This document shows, piece after piece, positions 28,020 through 38,600 of a stretch of 64,000 nucleotides of DNA. Source of the stretch: Vairimorpha necatrix. Taxonomy: Eukaryota. The notes below the pieces were generated by a model. It made no database searches and was not told where the DNA came from. It saw only the letters and a list, made by a program, of their open reading frames with translations. The DNA lies in assembly GCA_036630325.1 (NCBI GenBank), contig CP142731.1, forward strand, positions 124,001-188,000, written 5' to 3'. Every line of letters begins with the position of its first letter. The stretch's first letter is position 1. The translations under genes and the position numbers were made by a program.

Positions 28020-28477
28020 CTAGCGTATGCTTTCCCGTTTTTGAAAACGGGATCTAAATGTTTAGTTTTTTTTATATGTCCAGTCACAGTGAATTTTGTT
28101 AAGTTTCCATTTTGGGATGATAGAATTTGATAGGATGAAGACATCATTTTCAAAAATACTTTTTAGTAACATATAAGGAGTAAAGTTGAGTTAAAAACAC
28201 TTATGAGTCTCATTGAGAAAATTTTAGGGACTTCTAAGCTCAATTTTTGACACTTACATTCACAATCTTTATTTGTCAGATCTTTTTACAATTTTTCGTA
28301 GAAGGGTCAAATAAATTCTAAAAAACGATTCTGACGATATTTTGGAACTGAGTTTAACAAAAATAATAATCAAAATTAAAAAGTATTAACTAATAACATA
28401 CACACTTAGAATAGTCAAATTATCGCTATAAATCTATATATGATATTTAAATAACATAGAAAGCCTAATATATATAG

Positions 28478-28526
28478 TGTGATATATTTGTATAATTTCT
28501 ATCCCCCATTATGATAAATAAAGACA
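28478..28526 (+). repeat. 5' LTR of element 1 (49 bp)
   Basis: Identical to 31648-31696; contains CCCCC, ATG (28511) and AATAAA. Confidence 0.95.
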
Positions 28527-31500
28527 TGGGGGCGATACCGAATCGTCAGTTTTCAAGTGTGGACTGTGGTCTAGAGGCCAAAAAGTTAATAAAGGAAGTT
28601 AGAAGAATAATGTATAGGTTGGAGATGGAGGAAGTAGAAATCAGTTTGTGGAAGCAGAGAATATTTATGGAAGGAAGTGAAGAAATAAAAAATTTCATGG
28701 TAGAAAGAATTAGTAAAGAGGACGAATATTATAAAATAATTGAGAAATTAGAGGAGGAAATATGTAGAGAAGAAAGAACTAAAAAAGAAGAAGAAAATAG
28801 GAGAGAACTTATGGAGGTCATAGCTGAGAATGTTAGAGAAACTGTGAGAAAAGAAATTCAAGAGAAAGATTTAGTTTTAAGGAGTACAGTACAAGAAATA
28901 AGAAATAATAGGAATTGTTTTAATTGTGGTAAATTTGGCCATATGGCTAGGAACTGCTATTTAGGAAGGAACAATAATCAGAAAAATAATAAAAAGTTTA
29001 ATAAGTACTTAAATTTAGACGAAAACCAAAGTTGTAGTAGCAGTAATGATAATAAAGAATATAAACCAAGTGGAAAGACAAAACGAGTTAAGTTAAAGGA
29101 ATGTAATAATAGTGATAGAAGACATAAAGAAAGAATATATGCGAGAAATAAAGAGACGAAAAGAAGATTACTGAAGAGGGAATTTACGTTGGAAGATCTC
29201 AAAGCGGAATATGAAGAAGTTTTTAAACAAGGAGATGAGGTTATAAGTTATTGTACATTAGAGAAGTGTAAGATAGATACTCCAGAGGGTAAGAAGATAG
29301 TCAGAAAGGGACAGACGATCCCACAGGCTTTGATCAAACAGACTGAGGAATATATTAATGATTTAGAAAATAGAAAAATTATAAGAAGATCGTCTTCGGA
29401 ATGGCGAAACCCAATAAGAGCGATACTTAAACCAAGTGGTGAAGTAAGAGTAGTTAGTAATTTTATAGGGTTGAATGATTTAGTCGAGAAAGACCCGTAT
29501 GAGCTAACGAATATGAGAGAAATAATAAGAGCTACGCAAGGGTCGATAATATTTACTGTTGTTGATTGCAAAGAAGCATTTTACCATTTTGAAATCGAAG
29601 AAAAAGATAAACATAAGACGGCGTTTGAATTTAATAAAAAAGTTTACGAATGAAATAGTATGGTGATGGGATACAAAAATTCCCCACAGATACTACAGAG
29701 AACGAAGGATATGATTTTTGAAGATTTGCGAGGAAATGGTGTTGAGGTATACATGGACGATATAGTAATACATGCCAACAATAAACGTAAACACGATGAA
29801 TTAGTAATATAGGTTATAGAAAGAATTAAGAGAAATAAAATGAAATTAAATATTGGGAAAATACAGTTTAGACAAGCGGAAGTAAAATTATTAGGTGTGA
29901 CGCTGAATGGAATAGACATGACGGCCGACGAAATAAAGAAAAATGAAGCTTTGGAGTATCCGGATCCAAAAACTTTGACGGAATTGAGGAGGTTTCTAGG
30001 ATTGACTGGGTGGTTCAGACCATTTATAAAAGATTATGCCGGGCTGACGTTGAAAATGACAGATAGTTTGAAGAAAAATGGCAATTCGTGGAAATTTACG
30101 GAAGAGATGAAAGAGGAATTTACTAAAATGAAAAATGTGTTAAGAAATATGGGAAGACTAAGATTACCGGACTATAATAAGGAGTTCATACTAAGAACAG
30201 ACGCTAGCAATTTGAGGTTGGGTGCGGTGTTACTTCAGAAGAATGAGAATGGGTAATGGGTTGCTATACAATGGGCATCTAAAAAGCTAACACCTACCGA
30301 AATAAGATATGGAATATCAGAAAAGGAAATGCTTGCGATATATTGGGGCATTGATAAATTTAAATACGAGTTAAGAGGTAGGAAATTCAAGATAAAAACG
30401 GATCACAAAGCACTGGTGGAGATAAGAAATAAACCGTTTTTTAATAATAACAGAATAAATCGCTTAATCGAGAAGATACAGGAATATGATTTTATCGTTG
30501 AATATAAAAAACCTGATGAGATGGTGGTAGCAGATGCGTTGAGTCGAATAAATATGGAAGAGGATATTAAAGAAATGAAAAATAAAGAGCGAACAATCAA
30601 GCAAACAGAAGGTAAATGGAAAGCACATGTTTCTTCCGAGAATGGAAAGCAATATTGGCAATTTGACTCAGGACGTAAAGTTGAAATACCACCTGAGAAT
30701 ATAAGGAGACAATTAATCCAAGAATATCATGAAAAAGTAGGCCACAGATGCATGACAAGTGTTTATTATGCAATGAGAGAAGAATACTATTGGCCAGGAG
30801 TAAAGAAAGAAATAAACGAGGTTATAAAACAGTGTCAGAAATGTCAGATATATAACAGGAAAAATATGGGTGGTTGTGAATTTGTAGATACATCGAGATA
30901 CTTAGAGAAGGTTGCATTAGATTTGATAGACTTTAGAAATGAGAAGAAATATGTTTTAGTTGCTATCGATTATTTTACACGTAGAGTATGGGGAGTAGTT
31001 ATAAATAACAAGTCAAGTAATAATGTTGTTGGATTTTTGAAAAGATTATGTGAGCAAGGGAAGAAACCAGAAGAAATTATTACAGATAACGGGAAAGAGT
31101 TTATTAACGTGGAATTTAGAAAATTTTGTAGAGATCTCGATATAATACACCGACAAGTAAGTATAGAAGCGCATAGAAGTAACGGAAGAGTAGAGTGTGT
31201 TATAGGAACTTTGAGAGAAAGTATTTTAAAGTCGGATGCGAAAACTTTTGAAGGTAAAGTATATAAAAGTATCGATGTATATAATCAGAGCTATCATACG
31301 GGAATAAAATGTACACCATTAGAAGCGACTGAAGATAAAACTGGAGACGTAATGCTTGAAAATAGCCCTATAGGGAAATATTGTAATAGGTTTGGAAAAG
31401 GAAAGATCGAAAAATTTAGCAAAGGTCAATTGGTAAGAATAGCTAAACGAGAAAATTTGGCAGGTGTTAATAAGTATGAAAAAGGAAGATTTTTGGATAC

Positions 31501-31624
31501 AGGAAAAATTGTTGAAAAGTGTGGAAAAGATTCTTATATTGTAAAACTTAGTAATGGTAGGCTTGTGAAGAAGAGACATTATGATCTGAAGGGTATGCTT
31601 GGGGTAGATGTGAAAATTAGATGA
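28511..31624 (+). pseudogene. Gag-Pol polyprotein of element 1: one reading frame with three in-frame stops
   Basis: ORFs 28511..29653, 29840..30256 and 30329..31624 share one frame; stops TGA 29651, TAG 29810, TAA 30254. Zinc knuckle CFNCGKFGHMARNC, RT YMDD (29750), RNase H DAS/EKE/TDH, integrase HHCC and D(LDLID)-D(TDNGKEF)-E(NGRVE). Confidence 0.93.
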
Positions 31625-31647
31625 GACTAACCGTCTTGAGGGGGGGA

Positions 31648-31696
31648 TGTGATATATTTGTATAATTTCTATCCCCCATTATGATAAATAAAGACA
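31648..31696 (+). repeat. 3' LTR of element 1 (49 bp)
   Basis: Directly after the PPT and followed by TSD TATAG. Confidence 0.95.
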
Positions 31697-34600
31697 TATA
31701 GTTTAAAAATTTTAAAACCACAAAAAATAGGGGTAAAAAATTAAATAAAATTCTTTTATATATATGACTAGCGTATGTTTTCCCGTTTTGAAAACGGGAT
31801 CTAAATGTTTAGTTTTATAATATGTCTTTCATCCTTAAATTTTGTAAAGTTTCCATTTTGGGATGATTTAATTTGACAGAGTTTAGACATGATTTTTAAA
31901 AATACTTTTTAGTGACATAGAAGAAGTAAAGTTGAGTTAAAAACACTTATGAGTCTCAATGAAATAATTTTATGGAATTCTAAGCTCAATTTTTGAAACT
32001 TATATTCAATTTTTTTTTGGTTATTGTTTTTGCAATTTTTCGTGGAAGGGTCAAATAAATTCTAAAAAACGATTCTGACAATATTTTGGAACTGAGTTTT
32101 ACAAAACAAAGAATTAAAATGGAAATGTATTTACATATAGTACACGCACATATGATAGTCAAAATCCTTCAATGAGTTTATATTTGATATTATAATAAGT
32201 TAATAAGACCAAAATATACAGTGTGGAAATTCCAAATTCACAAAAAAGAGGGGTAAAAAATTAAATAAAATTCTTTTATATATATGACTAGCGTATGCTT
32301 TCCCGTTTTGAAAACGGGATCTAAATGTTTTGTTTTATAATATGTCCCGCCTCGGTGAATTTTGGTGAGTTTCCATTTTGGGATGATTGAATTTGATAGG
32401 ATGAAATCATCTTTTTCAAAAATACTTTTTAATAGCATATTAGGAGTAAAGTTGAGTTAAAAACACTTTTGAGTCATAATTAAATAATTTCGGGAACTTC
32501 TAAGCTCAATTTTTGACACTTACATGTAAGATCTTCATTGGTTATATGTTTTTGCAATTTTTTTAGAAGGGTTAAATAAATTCTAAAAAACGATTCTGAC
32601 GATATTTTGGAACTGAGTTATACAAAAATAATAAATCTAATAAAAATGCATTAATATATATTATACGCACTTACAATTATCAAATTTAAGCACTGAGTTT
32701 AAATTTGATATTACAATGACACAATAAGCTATAATAAGAAGTTTAGAATTTTTAAAACCACAAAAAAGAGGGGTAAAAAATTAAATAAAATTCTTTTATA
32801 TATATGATGATGACTAGCGTATGCTTTCCCGTTTTGAAAACGGGATCTAAATGTTTTGTTTATGGTATGTATCTCGTTATATTTTTTTTTAAATTGCCAT
32901 ATTTGGTTTGAAAAGAAAGGGGAAATGCAATTTTTAACAACATTAAAATTATTTCCAATGCGAAACTTGAATATGGATTTCAAATCAAATTATTCTATAA
33001 AATCCAATTTGATAACTTTATTATGTTTATACGTTTAAAATTTGACACTTACATTCAACTTTTCTTTAGTTAATATTTTTGTCAATTTTTTCTAGAAGGG
33101 TTAAATAAATTCTAAAAAACGATTCTGACGATATTTTGGAACTGAGTTCTACAAAAATAATAATTAAAACAAAAAAGTATCAACTTATAACATACACACT
33201 TACGATAGTCAAAATCCTTCAATGAGTTTATATTTGATATTACAATGACGCAATAAGTTATAATAAGAAGTTTAAAGTTTACAAAATCATAAAAAAGAGG
33301 GGTAAAAAATTAGATAAAATTCTTTTATATATATGACTAGCGTATGCTTTCCCGTTTTGAAAACGGGATCTAAATGTTTAGTTTAATAATATGTATTTCC
33401 CCTTTTAATCTTGTTGAGTTTGGATTTGGGGATGAATGAATTTGAAAAGGAGGCAACATGATTATGAAAAATACTTTTTAGTAACATTAAGGAGTAAAGT
33501 TGAGCTAAAAACATTTAATAATTATAATGAGATAATTTCGTGAACTTCTAAACTCAATTTTTGACACTTTTATTCAACTTTTTTTTGGTACATGTTTTTG
33601 TGAATTTTTTCTAGAAGGGTTAAATAAATTCTAAAAAACGATTTTGACGATATTTTGGAACTGAGTTTTACAAAAATAATAATATGAATTAAAATGCATT
33701 AACATACAGTACACGGACCTGTGATATTCAAAATCCTCCTTTGAGTTTATATTTGATATTTAAATAAGTTAATAAGATTAAAATAAATAGTTTAGAAATT
33801 TTTAAACCACAAAAAAGAGGGGTAAAAAATTAAATAAAATTCTTTTATATATATGACTAGCGTATGCTTTCCCGTTTTGAAAACGGAATTTGAATGTTTG
33901 GTTTCATATTATGTCCCGCCTCGGTAAATTTTGGTAAGTTTCCATTTTGGGATGATTGAATTTGACAGGATGAAGACATCTTTTTCAAAAATACTTTTTA
34001 GTGACATAAAATAATTAATTTGAGTTCAAAACACTTATGAGTCTCATTGAAATAATTTTGGGAACTTCTAAGCTCAATTTTTGACACTTACATGTAAGAT
34101 CTTCATTGGTTATATGTTTTTGCAATTTTTCTAGAAGGGTTAAATAAATTCTAAAAAACGATTTTGACGTTATTTTGGAACTGAGTTTTACAAAAATAAT
34201 AGTTAGAATAAAAATGCATTAATATATAATATACGCACTCACAATTATCAAATTAAAACGTTAAAATTAAATTTGATACTATTTTAACGTAAAAGGATCA
34301 AAATGTATCGTTTAGAAATTTCATAATCACAAAAAAGAGGGGTAAAAAATTAAATAAAATTCTTTTATATATATGACTAGTGTATGCTTTCCCGTTTTGA
34401 AAACGGGAATTGTATGTTTTGTTTCATGATATGTTCCTTTTCGGTAAATTTTGTTAAGTTTCCATTTTAGGATAATGAATTTAAAAAAGGGAAAAAATGT
34501 TTTTTAAAAATAATTTTAACAACATATAAGAAGTAATGTTGAGTTAAAAACACTTAAAACCCATAATTATATAATTTTGAAAACTTCTAAAGCTCAATTT

Positions 34601-34898
34601 CAACACTTATTATTCAAATTTTTTGATTCTAATGTGTTTGGAATTTTTTCTAGAAGGGTTAAATAAATTCTAAAAAACGATTCTGACGATATTTTGGAAC
34701 TGAGTTTTACAAAAAACAATAATAAAAATAAAAAGTATTAACTAATAACATCCACACCTAGAATAGTAAAATTATCGCAATAAATCTATATATGATATTT
34801 AAATAACATAGAAAGCCTAATATATATAGTTTAGAAATTCCAAAGTCACAAAAAATAGGGGTAAAAAATTAAATAAAATTCTTTTATATATATGATGA

Positions 34899-35035
34899 TT
34901 ACAAGCTTTGCTATAACGTATCACAAGAACCACATGGTCAGTTAGATTAATGATTTTAGTCTCTATCATGTAGTCTTTACACGAAGCAAGACTTGAAAAC
35001 GAAAAATTTCTCAAATTCTAAAAAAAAATTGTCAT
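34899..35035 (-). pseudogene. N-terminal part of the Merlin transposase split off by the Helitron array
   Basis: CCCAA-ATG at 35035; …KDYMIETKIINLT… then PCGSCDT (CxxC) in a shifted frame, which pairs with the CSTRKC motif on the other side of the array as in Merlin N-terminal Cys motifs. Confidence 0.55.
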
Positions 35036-35583
35036 TTGGGACTTTTTTTTAAAAAAATAAAAATTATATATTTTTGCATTTCTCCGTTTTGGTGCCTCAT
35101 GTTTTCGGGGCAGAAAAACGGAGAAGTGTCGATAATTCTAAATGCCGCCCCTTCCAGTGACTGCAAAAATGTTTAAAATGGACATGCTTTTTTATTATTA
35201 TGTTATTCTATATACTGCGAAGGTAATTATCGAGGTGTTCTTTGGAAAACCTTGTAGAATATGTGTTGCCATTTCAATCTTTCAGGTATGCATTAGTGTT
35301 CTTTACATTAAAAAGCAAATAAATACTTTTTAATCTAGATAATTGTCGAATGTATCATATATCAGTTTCGGACTGTTGATTGGTACTACAAAACATATGA
35401 TAACATCCATAATGTGTTATTTTAGATCACGCATAGATATAACAAAATCATCTAAATACAAAATAATAAGAACGTTCCAAAGAACTAGCACGTAACAAAA
35501 ACGACGATTGCTGAAGTCAACTTTGCAAGTATAATTGAAAGAATGTCAAGACGGTCTTAAAATTAAAAATTGAGTTTTGGTAT

Positions 35584-35653
35584 TGTCGTATCCTTCTATA
35601 AATATTATATATTTTCACCCCCATGCAATTCGTAAATAAAGGAACATTCGACA
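35584..35653 (+). repeat. 5' LTR of element 2 (70 bp)
   Basis: Identical to 39060-39129; contains TATAAAT, CCCCC-ATG (35623) and AATAAA. Confidence 0.95.
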
Positions 35654-38600
35654 TGGCGACAGCGATAAAAACTGTTGGCTGCTTCAGTGGAAAGAAGGAA
35701 GAGGATATAAATACATGGTTGCGTGACACAACGTTCACGGCGAGGGTTATGGGACTGACCGAAGATCAGACCGCCAGACTTATCTGCCTGAGTCTACGGG
35801 GGCCAGCTCTCTCATGGATAGCAATGGCATTTGAACGGGTGTCAGAACTTGATCTGGCAGAGGTTACTAAGAGTCTAAAATTGAGATTTTACAGTTCACA
35901 GAAAACTCTGGCCACTCTAGACGAGTTTGTTAAACCGCAACAATTTGGCAACCTAGAGGCTTTCATAGACTTCTGCAGGAAAGGAAACTCACTTATAGAG
36001 CAACAAACAATGGAGTACAAATCAGTCAGCCTCATAGTAATCAAGAAGTCTCCTTCAGTCCTCAAATCAATTCTTTATGATTTTGCTAGACAATGCCAAG
36101 ATTGGAGTGAATTCCTGAGGCGCACAGAGGAAGTTTCTTGGATAGCATTCCCTATGAAAAGTAACACGACTAATACGGACGAGACACTAGATAACAGGAC
36201 TTTGAAGGTCGCACCATCGAAGAAGGGAAATATACCCTACACCATAGAAAACTACAAGATCAACAGCTGTTTCACTAACCCTTGCTACATAAACGTAGAA
36301 TTCAATCGTAAACGACATCGAGCATTAATTGATACCGGAGCTGATGTCTCCCTGATACCCGCAAGAGTCCTCGAAGGGACAAATATCAGATTTACCAGAT
36401 CTTCAACGATCATACGAGCAGCATCAGGGACACCATTGGAGATTACAGGAAGATGTCTAAATATCAATTTTAGGACGGAAAACACTTCAATTACTTTCAG
36501 CCCTTACGTCACAGAACGGACACCGGACTACATAATCTTAGGAGTTGACGCTATACGAACGAACCCCATATTACTGGAACAACTGATCAGAAAATTCGCC
36601 AATACAGTCAAGAAAGGCTCACTGATTAACAAAGTCAATTACATCTCAATCGAAGAGAAATACCATGACATGTTCAAAACTGAAATTTCAGAGCTTACAC
36701 TTTGTAACATGGGGAAACATCAAATCGAGACAACAGTAGCGAAGGCAATTTACCAGAAAAATGGAAAGATCCCTCTGCACTTTGAAGAGGAAATCACACA
36801 ACAGATCAAGAAGAACTTGCAGTTGGGCGTAATAAGAAATAGTAGGAGCCCCTGGAACAGTAGAGTTGTTCCGGTAACGAAACCTGATGGGTCGATCAGG
36901 CTCTGTATAGATTACAGAGAGCTCAACAAGATAACAGTCAAAGATAAATACCCCCTCCCACGAATTGATGAAATTCTCGACGATCTAGCTGACGCTACTA
37001 TCTTTTCGACATTAGATGCTACGTCGGGATATTATCAGATAGCCCTTGAAGAAGTAGACAAGGAGAAGACAGCATTCAGCTGGAGAGGAGGACATTATGA
37101 ATTTAACAGGATGCCGTTTGGGCTATGTAATGCCCCTGCTACTTTTCAGAGAACTATGGATAAGATTTTTGTGAAAGAAAACAGAAAATTCGTCATACCA
37201 TACTTGGATGACATTATTATCTATTCTAAAAATCACCAGGAACACCGTGAACACTTGGAAATCATATTGGGTAAGCTTAAGGCAGCAGGAATCGCACTTA
37301 ACAGGAAGAAGTGCCACTTCTTCAAAGAAGAAATTAAAATTCTAGGGAATATAGTAACAAACAAGACGATCAAACCGGACCCAGAGAAGGTCAAAGCCAT
37401 AAACGAGTATAAGGAGCCGACGAATATTGCTCAACTACGGTCGTTTCTTGGGCTCATAAATTACTGTAGGGAGTTCATCCGTAACTTATCAGCGATAGCA
37501 GCCCCTCTCTACGAACTGTTTAAAGGAGAGTCAAAGCGAAGTGTTAAGAGTATTTCTCTCAGCAAAAAGGAGAAACGGGCATTCGAAGATCTAAAGAGAC
37601 TTCTCACAGAAGAGACAATAAGATACAAGATTAATCTCAGGAAACCGTTTATACTGACTACGGATGCGTCAGAGCAGGGAATAGGCGCGATCCTCTCACA
37701 GATTGGAGATGATGGGAAGGAGCACTTCGTAAGTGCATTCAGCAAAAGTTTAGAGAAAGCCCATAAGAACTACTCTACAACAGACAAAGAACTCTTGGCC
37801 GTTGTAAAAGGCATCGAGAACTATAGACACTACCTCCTGGGTAGAGAGTTCATATTGAAGACGGACCACAAAGCGCTGACTTATCTATGGGAAGCTAAGA
37901 ACCCTACCAGTAGATTGCTGAGGTGGGCAATGAAGTTGCAGGAGTATGCATTTCAATCAACCTACATAAAAGGAGAGGTTAATGGAGCAGACGGGTTAAG
38001 CAGACAAAACCCGACAGAGAAAGATATAAATATCATCGAAGCTACAGGACCAAGCGATGAAGACAGACAGAAGATCTTAGAATCCTACCATCTAGACGTT
38101 GGACATGCTAGCGCTAGTACGATGAGCTTCATGATTTCACAGAGGTACAAATGGGCAGGAATGCATAAGGACATCAAGGAACACGTAGAAAAGTGTAAAA
38201 CGTGCTTGAAATCGGGATACCCATTACGAAACACAAAAAACAAAGTTATACGATCAGAGAGGCCGAACCAAATATGGGTGATAGATCTCATAGGACGCAT
38301 ATGCGACACTTCGGGTCAAAACAGCTTCATATTCATTGCTATTGACCACTACTCTAAATGGGTCGAGACGGCTGTTATTAACTATAAAACAGGGTCGAAA
38401 ATAATGGGATTAATCCAGCAATTGATTATCGAGAAACACGGCATTCCAGAAAGAATCTTGACTGACAACGGGCTAGAATTTATAAATTCTGACATCAAAG
38501 ACCTGGCCGAAAAGAATGGTATTGACTGGCAATACAGTTCACCAGAACATCACGAAACTGTAGGCGCAGTAGAAAGAGCGAATCAGACGTTAATGAAGAT

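Larger units (their letters stand above)
28478..31696 (+). mobile_element. Ty3/gypsy LTR retrotransposon 1 (3219 bp, 49-bp LTRs, non-functional copy)
   Basis: Identical LTRs 28478-28526 and 31648-31696 (TG..CA); TSD TATAG (28473-28477, 31697-31701); PBS TGGGGGCG at 28527; PPT GAGGGGGGGA 31638-31647; gag-RT-RNaseH-IN order. Confidence 0.97.
28020..34898 (-). mobile_element. Head-to-tail tandem array of 7 non-autonomous Helitron-like units (~520-526 bp); unit 1 interrupted by the LTR element
   Basis: Units: 28020-31767 (minus insertion 28478-31696), 31768-32287, 32288-32813, 32814-33336, 33337-33856, 33857-34376, 34377-34898. On the minus strand each begins TC(A)TATATATAAAAG and ends hairpin CCCGTTTTCAAAACGGG + 10 nt + CTAG. 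Junctions read CTAG|TC; the array sits between host A and T with no TSD. Confidence 0.85.

Noticed and set aside
29651-30256. Alternative genetic code or programmed readthrough in element 1
   Set aside because: Three different stop codons are involved, and TAA, TAG and TGA all terminate normal genes in this window.
28020-34898. CRISPR-array interpretation of conserved blocks and variable spacers
   Set aside because: Eukaryotic context, no cas genes, 520-bp period and mostly homologous spacers; termini match Helitrons.
27884-35014. Short ORFs in or around the array (27884..28153, 32238..32438, 32729..32983, 32856..33038, 34817..35014)
   Set aside because: They cross repeat junctions, mostly start at non-ATG codons and are not conserved between units; they are by-products of the repeat.
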